DNA of 64,000 bases from Candidatus Bathyarchaeota archaeon (GCA_963775685.1 CAVZJV010000014.1:1536001-1600000); one strand, 5' to 3'. Positions 38,158-48,353 are shown, numbered from the stretch's first letter. Translations and numbers: made by a program. The notes: generated by a model not told the origin, from the sequence alone.

Positions 38158-39186
38158 TTGGGCGTAAACTTTAAAGACCTCATCCCAAAAATCCCAGTCA
38201 AACTCGAAGACTTGGGCGGCAAAATCATTGCTGTAGACGCATTTAACGCCATATATCAATTCCTCAGCATCATCCGCCAACCTGATGGGACACCCCTAAA
38301 AGACAGCACGGGCAAAGTCACCAGTCACCTAAGCGGACTCTTCTACCGCACAAGCAACCTAATCGAAATGGGCATAAAACCTGTATATGTATTCGACGGC
38401 GAATCACCGGCATTAAAGGCAGCGGAAATTGAGAGGCGCAAACAAGTAAAGGTTGAGGCAGTTGCACATTATGAGAAAGCGGTGGTAAAAGGCGATACAG
38501 AAAAAATGTTCATGTACGCTCAAGCATCAACCAGCATGAAAGATTACATGTTGGGTGATAGTCAGAAGCTTTTGGGGCTTATGGGGTTACCGTGGGTTCA
38601 GGCACCGGGCGAAGGTGAAGCTCAAGCAGCGCACATGAACAAAAAAGACGACGCAGACTATTGCGCAAGCCAAGACTACGATAGTCTTCTTTTTGGGGCA
38701 TGTAAGCTGCTTAGAAACGTGACTATTTCTGGAAGAAGGAAAAGAGGAAAAGTCACAATTGACGTGGTGCCTGAGGTGGTAGAGTTGCCCAAAACTCTTC
38801 ATGAATGTGGTTTGACGCGCGAGCAACTAATTGACGTTGGCATTTTAATTGGTACTGACTTTAACCCCGACGGTGTAAAGGGGATAGGCCCAAAAACGGC
38901 TCTCAAACTCATAAAGCAATACGGCACCTTGAAGAACGCAGTATCACATATAGAAAATGTAACTTTCGCTGACAAAATAGAAGAAATACAGCAAATTTTT
39001 TTGTGTCCAAAAGTCACCGATAACTACAAGATAGAATGGAAAGAACCTGATGAGAGCGGTTTAATCAATTTTATGTGCCGTGAAAAAGAATTTGGTGAGG
39101 AACGCATCAAAAAATCCCTTGAACGAATGACTGCGGGGAGCAAGAAGCAGAAAAGCAAAGTTTCGTTAGAAAAATGGTTCGGCTAA
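38158..39186 (+). CDS. fen: Flap endonuclease 1
   Basis: MGV, DAFNAIYQFL, YVFDG, EGEAQAA, SQDYDSLLFG, GTDFN, PIP-box-like SLEKWF. Confidence 0.97.
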   Translation: MGVNFKDLIPKIPVKLEDLGGKIIAVDAFNAIYQFLSIIRQPDGTPLKDSTGKVTSHLSGLFYRTSNLIEMGIKPVYVFDGESPALKAAEIERRKQVKVEAVAHYEKAVVKGDTEKMFMYAQASTSMKDYMLGDSQKLLGLMGLPWVQAPGEGEAQAAHMNKKDDADYCASQDYDSLLFGACKLLRNVTISGRRKRGKVTIDVVPEVVELPKTLHECGLTREQLIDVGILIGTDFNPDGVKGIGPKTALKLIKQYGTLKNAVSHIENVTFADKIEEIQQIFLCPKVTDNYKIEWKEPDESGLINFMCREKEFGEERIKKSLERMTAGSKKQKSKVSLEKWFG

Positions 39187-39383
39187 ACCAGAAGGTGTCA
39201 GTTGAATTTTTGACAGGTGCATCCTTTGATGGCGCATTGTTGACTTGCCTGTGAGTCCCTCTATGATGACCACCACATGTGGCACAAGTTTTGAGTACGG
39301 TTATGCTCAAGCTTGCATCTTGCGGTAGGATATCACTGATAACGTTTCAACGTTAAATCTATAGACAAATAAAGAAAATAAAG

Positions 39384-41213
39384 TTATTTTACAGTAACTG
39401 ATTTTGCGAGGTTGCGAGGCATATCTGGGTTGAATCCCTTCTCTAGAGCCACGTAATAAGCTAACAACTGAAGAGGCACTGCAAACGGAATCGGTGACAA
39501 AACGCTCGGGATACCTTTGGGAACTTCGATATACTCGTCAGATATGGATTTGATTTCTGCGTCGCCTTCTTCAATAACTGCTATAATATGGGCGCCGCGG
39601 GCTTTCATTTCCATGACGTTTCCGATGATAGTTTTGTGGGTTTCATCTCGGGGGCATATGAATACGACTGGGAAGCCGTCTTCGACTAGGCTTATTGGAC
39701 CATGTTTGCTTTCGCCTGCGGGGAACGCGATAGATGGTATATAGGCGATTTCCATGAGTTTGAGTCTGCCTTCAAACGCGGTGGCGGTGCTTATACCCCT
39801 GCCGAGGAAAAAGAATACTTTAGAAGACGCGTATTTTTTGGCGATTTGCTTAATCTTTTCTTCCTGCGTCCGAACAATCGTATCGACGTCTTCAGGCATC
39901 TTTTTGAGGTTCTCTTCTAGGCTGTCCATTTCGTCTTGAGAAATCTTGCCCCGCTTCTTTGACAACTTCAACGCGAGTTGAGCTAAGACTGAAAGCTGCG
40001 AGGTGAAGGTTTTGGTGGCGGCGACTCCGATTTCTGGACCTGCCTGCGTGCCAATGTATACTCGAGAAATACGCGTCATAGTTGAGCCGATAACGTTAGT
40101 TAAGCTCAGCACGGTTGCTGCGCGTTGTTGTGCACAACTTACCGCGGCTATTGTGTCTGCGGTTTCGCCTGATTGACTCACGGCCAACAGTGTGCTGTCG
40201 ATGTTAACAGATTTGCCATATTGCTCCAAAAACTCAGAAGCGTAAACGGGGTATGCGGGCAAGAACGCCAGTTTAGAGAACATGTAGGAAGCTGCTAAAC
40301 ATGCGTGATAGCTTGTTCCGCAGGCAACCAAGAAAACTTCGTTGGCGCGGTCAAGAAAAGTAGCCAGCAAATCCAAATAATGATCTTGAATGCGCAGGGT
40401 GTTTCGGAGGGTTTGAGGTTGTTCATGGATTTCTTTAATCATGAAATGCGGATACCCCTGCTTCACCGCCATCTCAGGAGTCCACTCAATGATTATGGGT
40501 TCACGTGTAACAAGACTGTTGTCGGAAATTTTTCGGATTTCATAGCCGCCAACGGTAAGAATGACGAGTTCACCGTTATTTATCAAGACGGCTTTGTTGG
40601 TAACCTCCAAAAAAGCTGGAATATCAGACGCACAGAAAACGCCTTTGCCGTTGATTCCTAAAACCAGCGGGCTTTCGTTTCGAGCGCAGATTATCTTGTC
40701 AGGTTCGCGGGTTGAGATAATGGCGAATGCGTAGGATCCTTCTATTCGTTTAAGGCTAGCTAAAATGGCTTGTTGGAGCGTGAGGTTAGGAGTTTGTTTT
40801 AGGGTTTCCTCGATTAGGTGCGGCATGACCTCAGTGTCTGTTTTTGAAACAAACTTGTGACCTAAGTTTTCAAGTTCATCTTTAAGTTCCATAAAGTTTT
40901 CTATGATGCCGTTGTGGACAACAACAATTTCGCCTGTGCAGTCGGTGTGGGGGTGGGAGTTTACTTTTAGGGGTGCACCGTGGGTTGCCCATCGGGTGTG
41001 TCCTATACCTATGCTGCCTGGCATGTCGTCGAGGTTTACGATTTTGTGTACTTCATCGATTTTGCCCGAGTCTTTTTTCAGGTAGATCTTGCCGCCGGAG
41101 ATGGTTGCTATGCCGACGGAGTCGTAGCCTCGGTATTCTAGATGTTTTAGAGATGAATGGATGAGGGGCGCAGCGTTTCCTTCTTTCAGAACACAACCGA
41201 ATATTCCACACAT
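39384..41213 (-). CDS. glmS: Glutamine--fructose-6-phosphate transaminase
   Basis: MCGIFG, GHTRWATHG, HNGIIEN, SQSGETADT, KHGP, PRNLAKSVTV. Confidence 0.97.
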   Translation of the reverse strand: MCGIFGCVLKEGNAAPLIHSSLKHLEYRGYDSVGIATISGGKIYLKKDSGKIDEVHKIVNLDDMPGSIGIGHTRWATHGAPLKVNSHPHTDCTGEIVVVHNGIIENFMELKDELENLGHKFVSKTDTEVMPHLIEETLKQTPNLTLQQAILASLKRIEGSYAFAIISTREPDKIICARNESPLVLGINGKGVFCASDIPAFLEVTNKAVLINNGELVILTVGGYEIRKISDNSLVTREPIIIEWTPEMAVKQGYPHFMIKEIHEQPQTLRNTLRIQDHYLDLLATFLDRANEVFLVACGTSYHACLAASYMFSKLAFLPAYPVYASEFLEQYGKSVNIDSTLLAVSQSGETADTIAAVSCAQQRAATVLSLTNVIGSTMTRISRVYIGTQAGPEIGVAATKTFTSQLSVLAQLALKLSKKRGKISQDEMDSLEENLKKMPEDVDTIVRTQEEKIKQIAKKYASSKVFFFLGRGISTATAFEGRLKLMEIAYIPSIAFPAGESKHGPISLVEDGFPVVFICPRDETHKTIIGNVMEMKARGAHIIAVIEEGDAEIKSISDEYIEVPKGIPSVLSPIPFAVPLQLLAYYVALEKGFNPDMPRNLAKSVTVK

Positions 41214-41299
41214 GTTTTTTGTTTCCTTTTTGATACTTTGGAATTGTCATATTGAGTTGGATGTTTGTTTATAAGTATTTTTAATATCAGAGTTTGACT

Positions 41300-41319
41300 A
41301 CTAAAAAAATTTTTTTAGT
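41300..41319. promoter_or_regulatory. Perfect 20-bp palindrome in the glmS/regulator divergent intergenic region
   Basis: ACTAAAAAAATTTTTTTAGT, extendable to 41297..41322 with one mismatch. Confidence 0.55.
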
Positions 41320-41435
41320 GGTTTGTGCTTCTTTTACGGACTAACTAAAGCTTGCAAAGCGTTTAGTCGACAAAATTTGTGAACCATTATAAATAAATTT
41401 TTTATAGTACATGTACTTTACTCCTTACGACTATT

Positions 41436-42398
41436 ATGGAAAAAAAGCTCCTCCTCCAAAACAATGGCAACAATCAAAAAGCAAAAGAAATCAGCATACT
41501 GACCGACTCGCAACAACTTAAAACAATCTTAGGCAGCCTCAGCTGGAAAATCCTCACTCTACTCTCAACAAAAGAAATGTACCCTCTTGAAATCGCAAAG
41601 CATCTCGGCGTGCATGAACAAAAAATCTACTACCATATAAGAAAGCTCACCAAAGCCGGAGCAATCGCGATTGTAAAGGAAGAAAAAAAGAAAGGAGCCA
41701 TTGCAAAATATTACAGAACCGTTTCCACAGCCTTCGGAATCGAATTCCAACATGGCTACAAACCAATCCAAAATATATGCACCCTTTGCCTCGATGAGCA
41801 ACTGCAGAAATTCTTCAAAGAATTCATAAATAACGGCGTTTTTGATGGAAAAATCGTGGTTGGCAGCCCCCAGCCGCATGGACCCTTCAAAACCAGCGCG
41901 CGAGACGGCCACTATGCCGCGCATTTAGCGCTTTTTTTGGGGCAATTCGCCAAGATGCCCACGGAATTTGTGGTGAAGTTGGACGTCGACGTGAAGGTAG
42001 AGAAGGAGGAAAAAAACAACCTCATCCTTATGGGTGGTCCAGGAACGAACTTGTTAACGCAGGAAGTTAACGACTATTTATCCATCAAATTCGTCATGCA
42101 ATCCTCAGGACAGGGCTTTTTGCTGGGCGGTTTATCATCGAAGAAGAGTGGGCAGGTTTTCACTTCGGACGTTTCAGGTGTCATTGCAAAAATCATAAAT
42201 CCGTGGGATAGCACCAAATGCATAGTGGTTTTAGCTGGCAACAAAGCAGTTGGAACCAAAGCGTGCGTGTTGGCATTGACCAATTTCTGGAAGAAAACGC
42301 TGGAGAATTATAAGGGGGAGGACACTTTTGCTGTGGCTATTCATGGGTTTGATTTGGACGGGGATGGTAAAGTGGATTCGATTGAGGTTAGCGAGTAA
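41436..42398 (+). CDS. Winged-HTH regulator with uncharacterised C-terminal domain
   Basis: MYPLEIAKHLGVHEQKIYYHIRKL wHTH; C-terminal GSPQPHGPFKTSARDGHYA, GGPGTN, DLDGDGKVD. Confidence 0.82.
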   Translation: MEKKLLLQNNGNNQKAKEISILTDSQQLKTILGSLSWKILTLLSTKEMYPLEIAKHLGVHEQKIYYHIRKLTKAGAIAIVKEEKKKGAIAKYYRTVSTAFGIEFQHGYKPIQNICTLCLDEQLQKFFKEFINNGVFDGKIVVGSPQPHGPFKTSARDGHYAAHLALFLGQFAKMPTEFVVKLDVDVKVEKEEKNNLILMGGPGTNLLTQEVNDYLSIKFVMQSSGQGFLLGGLSSKKSGQVFTSDVSGVIAKIINPWDSTKCIVVLAGNKAVGTKACVLALTNFWKKTLENYKGEDTFAVAIHGFDLDGDGKVDSIEVSE

Positions 42399-42833
42399 TT
42401 GAGTTCCAAACAAACAATAGAAACATTCTGGGCTTTAGGACACCCAAATATTAGAGCTATCCACCCCACTACTCTGATGTTTACTAAGGATGTGCATGTT
42501 TCTAAGAACGGCGACTGCATAATTGCAATGACAGCGGACAAATCGGTTGCAGATTTAAGCGCTAAATTCAAGGAAAGACTGCGAATGACAAAAGCTGAAT
42601 TAACCATAATTATCGAATCAGGCAACTTTAGAGATGAAATCAAAGCACTTGGCTCACATAAGCTCTGTTTATGTCATTCAACTGACATAGTAATTAGGAA
42701 AAGCGATTATATCTGCAGTAGAACTTTGGCAATTTGTGCTGATAAATCGGCAAATGATTTGAAAAGAGTGCTCGTTGAAAAACTCCATGACCCTAAACAA
42801 AAAGTCAAAGTAACCTTAATTGTTGAAAGCTAA
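42399..42833 (+). CDS. DUF371 family protein
   Basis: GHPNIRAIHPTTLMFTKD, GDCII, IVIRKSDYICSRTL. Confidence 0.9.
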   Translation: MSSKQTIETFWALGHPNIRAIHPTTLMFTKDVHVSKNGDCIIAMTADKSVADLSAKFKERLRMTKAELTIIIESGNFRDEIKALGSHKLCLCHSTDIVIRKSDYICSRTLAICADKSANDLKRVLVEKLHDPKQKVKVTLIVES

Positions 42834-43900
42834 ACGATTTTGGCGTCTAACACAACCTGCGATTCAAAGGGCGCGGTTTCACGGATACTTTTAGAGTAAA
42901 GGTATGCGTCGACTCGTCGCCCATTTTTCTCGACCAACTCAGAGAATCGCTGCTTTAAGTTTTCTATCGAGTCGGGTGCGCGGACAAACCCATAAAAATG
43001 CACAACCCCGCCCTCAGATTTTATTGCACTGCAGGCAGCGTCTATGAAATCGATTGCGGTTTCAGGCAGGTTCATGATTACTCGGTCGGCGTTAGCTTTT
43101 AGTTTGGTTCGGGCAATTTCTCTGGCATCTGCAAGGATGGGGAAGACGCTTCCTTCAACCTTGTTTACGCGCACGTTCACCAAAAGCAACTCCACCGCGT
43201 CGGGATTTAGGTCAACAGCGTAAACCTTCACGATTGGATTTCTTTTGCCAATCAGAACCGAGAAGGGACCAACTCCTGCGAACAAGTCCGCAACTTTCTC
43301 GTTATCCTGAATTTGCGAAGCCACCCTTTCGTGTTCATGAGATAGCCGTGGAGAAAAGTAGGCTTTCGCTATGTCAACCTGGTATTGGCATCCGAATTCA
43401 CGGTGGATGGTTTTGGTTTTGTGTTCTCCAGCGATGTAGTCGTAGTCGCGGACGCGGAATATGCCGCTGATGTCGCTTGCTTTGGCAAGGACTGTTGTTA
43501 CGTTTTTTTGTGTTTGCAGGATTGCCTCGCCGATTGTGTTTTGGTGAGGTCTAAGTTGGGGTGGGATGTCGATTACGACGATGTCGCCGATTATATCAAA
43601 TGCTTGGGGCACAATGGATATCAAATCAGCGGGCAGTTTGTCTTGGAGGGCTTGCGCTAATGTTTCTGATGGCAACTGCTTTTTACTAAAAACAATGGTT
43701 AACAAATCAAATTTTGGTATCTGAGTTTTTAGTTTTGTTAATTCGAGTCCTTGGGGTTCCCTAATCAAGGGAATGAACAGGTTTTCTTCGTCTCTTTGGA
43801 TAAATAGAGATTTGTCGGCTAGCCCAAACTTAGTTACTAACGCGATTGTTTTTTCCCCGCTTGTCTTTGGAACTTTAATGCTAACCGATGGTCTGGGCAT
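42830..43900 (-). CDS. trm5: Trm5/Met10+-family tRNA G37 methyltransferase
   Basis: FDIIGDI, YFSPRLSHE, DLFAGVGPF, DRVIMNLP. Confidence 0.88.
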   Translation of the reverse strand: MPRPSVSIKVPKTSGEKTIALVTKFGLADKSLFIQRDEENLFIPLIREPQGLELTKLKTQIPKFDLLTIVFSKKQLPSETLAQALQDKLPADLISIVPQAFDIIGDIVVIDIPPQLRPHQNTIGEAILQTQKNVTTVLAKASDISGIFRVRDYDYIAGEHKTKTIHREFGCQYQVDIAKAYFSPRLSHEHERVASQIQDNEKVADLFAGVGPFSVLIGKRNPIVKVYAVDLNPDAVELLLVNVRVNKVEGSVFPILADAREIARTKLKANADRVIMNLPETAIDFIDAACSAIKSEGGVVHFYGFVRAPDSIENLKQRFSELVEKNGRRVDAYLYSKSIRETAPFESQVVLDAKIV

Positions 43901-43905
43901 AGCGT

Positions 43906-44940
43906 TCAGCTTTTTTCTATCCTATAGAGGTATCCTAACTTTTCAATCATGAATTTAACGTTTAACATTTTTTCCATCAGCCAAATGTTGGATTCGAGAT
44001 GCTCGGAGAAGGTTCGCGTCACGAAGGCTGATTTGCCCTGGGCGAGCGCTATATAGGGAATGAGCATGTCCGCCAAGAAAACATCAACCGTCGGCTGGGC
44101 TGATAGCTCAGATAGGAGTTTTTGGGCTGCCTCTTTGCCGACTGCCTCAGCCATCTTCCGCAGTTCCCCAATTGCGTCAGCGCCTACGATTACTCCGGTA
44201 TCGGTTTGTGCCCACAAAACAATTGAGCTGCCTTTTTGGATAGGATTTGATTGATCGTTTACGATTTGTATTTCGGGGTTGTAACCGTTCTGTGAAAGGC
44301 AATCTTTTGCTGCCTCAGCTTGTCTCTTGGCAACTTGCCTTTCAGCAAGGTAGGTACATAGGGAAACACCCTTAATCGTTTCAAGCATGCCAAAAGTCTC
44401 GAGCTGAAAGGGTTTAAGATGCTTATTGGCCTTAATCGTCATCGTTGCTTCACCCATCCCTTTAGGGTAATAACCGTATTTTTGAACAGAAATTTCTGCT
44501 TCAACGCCCATTCGCTTCAACGCTGGCAAAAGCACGTTTTTTAGGTAGTTGATGGTTGGGGCATGACTTGTGTCGGTTCCGCCTTTAGCAACATGCACAC
44601 GCACCGAACTTTGGGAAAACAAACAAATGGGTAAGGTCGCCAAGAACAACATGGGAATACTGCCTGCAGTTTCAATTACCGCTTCAACGTTGCCGCCGCT
44701 GATTTCCTGCGGGGTAAACCAAAGTTCCCTTGAGCCTAACGTCGCTCCTTGGATTTTGGCGTTGCAAAGTTTACCTGCAGTTAACACAGCTTCAAGATGT
44801 TGAGGTTTTAAGCCTGGCTTCGGACGGTTTTGCCTTATATTAGTTATGTGAAGAGGCTGCTTGGTGATGGCAGATAATGCTATGGATAGACGAAGAATGG
44901 TACCGCTTCCGCTTTTTTGACTTCCATCGATTTCAATCAT
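43906..44940 (-). CDS. rtcA: RNA 3'-terminal phosphate cyclase
   Basis: IDGS..SGSG.ILR, RPKPGLKPQH, GGTD, GYYPKG.G, SEHLESN. Confidence 0.93.
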   Translation of the reverse strand: MIEIDGSQKSGSGTILRLSIALSAITKQPLHITNIRQNRPKPGLKPQHLEAVLTAGKLCNAKIQGATLGSRELWFTPQEISGGNVEAVIETAGSIPMLFLATLPICLFSQSSVRVHVAKGGTDTSHAPTINYLKNVLLPALKRMGVEAEISVQKYGYYPKGMGEATMTIKANKHLKPFQLETFGMLETIKGVSLCTYLAERQVAKRQAEAAKDCLSQNGYNPEIQIVNDQSNPIQKGSSIVLWAQTDTGVIVGADAIGELRKMAEAVGKEAAQKLLSELSAQPTVDVFLADMLIPYIALAQGKSAFVTRTFSEHLESNIWLMEKMLNVKFMIEKLGYLYRIEKS

Positions 44941-45019
44941 GCGGGTTCTTCACTGTATAAGTGGGTTGCAAACAATTAATAAGCGTCTGGGTTATTTAGG
45001 AGTTTAAGAGGGAGCATTC

Positions 45020-45460
45020 TTGAGTACTGAGAAGGAAAAACTCGATCAGCTTTTGCAAAGAGTCGAAGAAATTTCAGTTACTTTAAATAGGGTTTCAGAA
45101 GAGTTGCGGTCTGTTTCGGCATCGCTTAAATCGCTTGCGGTCGGCCAAATCACTCAGCCAACAAGTAAGACCTACACCTCAAGTCCTTCGGCATCTCCAT
45201 CTCCATCTCCAACACCAGCATCCTCAGCCGGGCCATCCTCAAGGCTAAGATCGCTAGATGACATCCGCATGTCCTTCCCCGAAGAACTCGAAGCACGACT
45301 AAGCTTCGAAGAAAAAGGTGACTACATCATCATAAAACCCAAACAGTTTTTGGGCTCAGAGAACTTTGCGAAAATCGCTTCCGCGGTACGTGGGATGGGG
45401 GGCGAATATATTAGCGCTGGGAAAGATTCGCATTTTAGGGTGCCCAAGAAAAAAGCGTAA
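45020..45460 (+). CDS. Hypothetical protein (coiled coil, S/P linker, compact C-terminal domain)
   Basis: Clean ORF with RBS-like GGGAG; C-terminal KPKQFLGSENFAKIASAVRGMGGEY. Confidence 0.78.
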   Translation: MSTEKEKLDQLLQRVEEISVTLNRVSEELRSVSASLKSLAVGQITQPTSKTYTSSPSASPSPSPTPASSAGPSSRLRSLDDIRMSFPEELEARLSFEEKGDYIIIKPKQFLGSENFAKIASAVRGMGGEYISAGKDSHFRVPKKKA

Positions 45461-45465
45461 CGAAA

Positions 45466-45738
45466 TTAAAGTGCAGTGAAATTCGAAAATTCGCCCTTAA
45501 AAGGTCCAAAAATAACATCCAGATTAGTCACTCTTGCAAAAGGAGGACCCTGACGACAATAGTTAACGAGCATTTTCACCGCATGTTCTTCACCCTCAAA
45601 AACCGCTTCCACTCGCCCATCAATCAGATTTCGCACCCAACCCGTAACGCCTAAGTTTTGCGCCTCAATTAGAGTGCTTTGTCTAAAGAAAACGCCCTGA
45701 ACTCGTCCAGAAACGAATAAGTGTGCTCTAACTTTCAT
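45466..45738 (-). CDS. acyP: Acylphosphatase
   Basis: [25 protein letters not shown]. Confidence 0.96.
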   Translation of the reverse strand: MKVRAHLFVSGRVQGVFFRQSTLIEAQNLGVTGWVRNLIDGRVEAVFEGEEHAVKMLVNYCRQGPPFARVTNLDVIFGPFKGEFSNFTAL

Positions 45739-45807
45739 AGACTTTCTTCGAAATAAAGAGAAGATGAGGTTTAAAAATACAATTTCGACAAAAAGAAAAA
45801 ATGGATT

Positions 45808-46275
45808 TTACCATGGCTCGATTTTTTCGCCCACGGTGTATAAAAATAGGTTTGCTGAGGGTGGTCCTAGCCACTTGAACTTGTTGACTAAATCCTTGAC
45901 TGCATGTTCATAGTTGTTTGACTTGTCTAGGCTGTCGATGTATTTTTGGAATGAACCGTACTGTTTCTCTATGGCTACAAAATTCTGAGCATTCTGTATG
46001 ATTGCTTTGATTTTGCCTTTGTTTCTTACTATGCCTTGGTCTCTCATCAGGCTTTCAACATCGGAGGCTGTGAAGTTTGCGACCTCGCTGATTTCAAAAT
46101 TTGCAAAAGCCTTCTTTGTTGTCGGCCACTTGCTGTCGATTACGTGCCAGTTTAAGCCTGCTTGAAAAATCACTCGGCACATATTCTCAAAGTATACACT
46201 ATCATTTGAGGGTATTTTGTCTCGGCACCACCAATCAGGCATCTGCCAACCTTCGTGTTCTTGCATAAAATTCAA
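45808..46275 (-). CDS. tag: DNA-3-methyladenine glycosylase I family
   Basis: FQAGLNW, GIVRNKGKIKAIIQNA, FKWLGP. Confidence 0.88.
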   Translation of the reverse strand: MNFMQEHEGWQMPDWWCRDKIPSNDSVYFENMCRVIFQAGLNWHVIDSKWPTTKKAFANFEISEVANFTASDVESLMRDQGIVRNKGKIKAIIQNAQNFVAIEKQYGSFQKYIDSLDKSNNYEHAVKDLVNKFKWLGPPSANLFLYTVGEKIEPW

Positions 46276-46285
46276 ACCTAAAAAT

Positions 46286-46711
46286 CTATTTCCATTCCCA
46301 GATTGTAACGTTCATTTCCATCCACATTGGGTCTGTTGCTTCAAAAGTAACCAGAGCAATAGTGTTATTAAGCCAACCAAGTTTCTCGGACATAGTCATG
46401 AAACTCCATAAGCCTACACTTTTTGGGTTCGCGCCCGGCATCATTTTCATAAGATCAAAGCCTTTTATTGTACCCATATCGCCGGTCATAGTCATTAGCA
46501 TGCCTTGATCCAGCGATCCAGCTAAGCCTTTTGGCGGAGTCATGCTCTTACCTGTCACGTTGAGGTTGCAGTCAACGCCTTTAGCTTTCCCCATGCCTTT
46601 CATTTGGGCCGTCCAAGTATAAACCGAAGTTACGCCGTTCATATCGATTGACTTTATGAAACTTGCGCCACTTTTGCCTTTGCCTTCCCAAAGTTTTTCA
46701 CCTATTGTCAT
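46286..46711 (-). CDS. Hypothetical conserved beta-rich protein
   Basis: Clean ORF, GAGGTGA RBS, SEKLGWLNN and C-terminal WEWK. Confidence 0.78.
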   Translation of the reverse strand: MTIGEKLWEGKGKSGASFIKSIDMNGVTSVYTWTAQMKGMGKAKGVDCNLNVTGKSMTPPKGLAGSLDQGMLMTMTGDMGTIKGFDLMKMMPGANPKSVGLWSFMTMSEKLGWLNNTIALVTFEATDPMWMEMNVTIWEWK

Positions 46712-46882
46712 TTTTTATTTTCACCTCTATAAAGAAGGGTTTTTTGCTTGGAATTTAAGTCGTTGTGGTTGCCCTTGTACAGTAACAATTAAGTCTCTTC
46801 TGGTTTACTTTCACTCAACCCTCTACTGCTCGGAGGTGTCGGTGTTTGACTTGTTTTAGAAAGGTATTCCGCCGATTACCGT

Positions 46883-47234
46883 TTGGTGGTTAGCTTGTTT
46901 AAGGTCAACTGTGGAAAACTGATGGTTTATGCCTCAACAGGTATTCCCAGTGGGAAAAGGTTGAAATCTGTCAGGACTGCTGCAAAAGAAACTGCTAAGC
47001 GTTTGAATCTGGATTTTGAGATGGTTCGTTTGGAGAGGGCATCTTCGCCAATTTATGTCTATTATGAAGAGAGCGATGGGGATGAGCCCTATTCCACTTT
47101 ATTGTGATGAAGGCAAAATTTCGGGGTTAGACGAAATTAGTAGCAAACTCAGAAACATGATGTTTGTGTTGTCTTTTCACCCGAACCATTCAGCCTTGAA
47201 AGAAATAAGAAAAGAACTTCTCAAACTTTCATAA
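46883..47234 (+). pseudogene. Hypothetical protein split by one extra C at 47087-47089
   Basis: Removing one C joins ...IYVYYEESDGDE to PIPLYCDEGK...MMFVLSFHP into one ~115-aa ORF. Confidence 0.7.
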
Positions 47235-47544
47235 AACGAATCGCTTGGTTCTCAAGGGCAACCTCATAAACCTGGTTCACATCGAAGGTTACGCCAAAGT
47301 TGTCGTATTCTTGTTCAGTTAAAAACAAGATTATTTTCGGTGTTGCCATCTGTGTGCGTTGAGGCAAAAACGGCATTTGGGTTTGGAGCGCTTGCATGAT
47401 GTCCTGCGCCATCTTGGCTTCGTCCGATTGAGGTCTAACCACGTAAGGGTTGATTTCTCGTTCTTCAAGGAGTTCGATTCTTTTTCCAAGGTTGCCATCT
47501 AAGTCGCGGGTGGATTCGATTTTGTTGACTCTAACGCGGAACAA
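47221..47544 (-). CDS. Arcadin-1 homologue
   Basis: RIELLEEREI...PKIILFLTEQEYDNFG..FDVNQVYEV.LEN.AI.F resembles Pyrobaculum arcadin-1 as I recall it; similar length. Confidence 0.72.
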   Translation of the reverse strand: MFRVRVNKIESTRDLDGNLGKRIELLEEREINPYVVRPQSDEAKMAQDIMQALQTQMPFLPQRTQMATPKIILFLTEQEYDNFGVTFDVNQVYEVALENQAIRFMKV

Positions 47545-47759
47545 TCAATTCACACTCTCAATAAGGATAGACAGTCTTAGATTTAATTGTTTACACCTAC
47601 CGCAGTGCAGTTTGCTTCTCAAGGTATCTTTCAAACCTAAAGCTTTTTGAATGAGCTATGATTTAGCAAGTTCGGCCTTACACTGTACACTCAAACGCTT
47701 CAAAATGGCCCCACCAAACTGGCAAGTTCCTTGTTTTGTCTAAAAAACGGTTTGCACTC

Positions 47760-48353
47760 TTAAGTTGGGGTAGGTGAAGAATCATTTTTTTCTTCTTTTT
47801 TGATTTCGGTAATTCTTTTATCTAGAAGTTTTAGTCGATCCCGCATTGTTTTTACTGCTTCGTAAATGTGTTTGCGTTCATGCTCTAACTGTTTGAGGTT
47901 GCGTTCATTACCAATTTGCTCTTCAAGGAAAGGTGATAACGGTGAAGGCATGTTAGGCACTGACCAGTTTTCCAATTCTATGTTTAAGACGTCTCGGGCG
48001 AATTCACGGAAAAGGTTGCCGATGTTGTTTGTGATTTCTGTTTGCTTTAGGATTGCTTTTCTTAGGATTTGTTCTCCGGATTCGGTAATTTGGTAAACTC
48101 TCAGACGCCGATTCTTTTGAGATTGCCACTGCCCCTTGATGAATCCGGATTTTTCGAGGTCACGCAGAATTGGGTAGACCCCGCCTGCTGTGGGTTGCCA
48201 GAAACCTTTGGTTCGGCTGTTGATTTCTTTCATGATTTCGTAGCCGTGGGAAGGTTTCTTGTTAATGAGAATTAGTACGCCCATGCGTATGATTCCTTTT
48301 TGGGCTTCTTTCATCCAGTTTGCGGTTGTCTTGTCTTCCGTTTCTGTTGTCAT
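47760..48353 (-). CDS. PadR-family regulator
   Basis: PSHGYEIM, PTAGGVYPILRDLEKSG, YQITESG. Confidence 0.93.
   Translation of the reverse strand: MTTETEDKTTANWMKEAQKGIIRMGVLILINKKPSHGYEIMKEINSRTKGFWQPTAGGVYPILRDLEKSGFIKGQWQSQKNRRLRVYQITESGEQILRKAILKQTEITNNIGNLFREFARDVLNIELENWSVPNMPSPLSPFLEEQIGNERNLKQLEHERKHIYEAVKTMRDRLKLLDKRITEIKKEEKNDSSPTPT

Noticed and set aside
39107-39310. ORF with CATCGGHHRGTH resembling a metal-binding peptide
   Set aside because: Overlaps the fen 3' end by 80 nt, weak start context, no recognisable family
39263-39339. Possible C/D-box sRNA (ATGATGA ... CTGA) between fen and glmS
   Set aside because: Rather long, no convincing internal D'/C' boxes and no perfect guide match that I could identify
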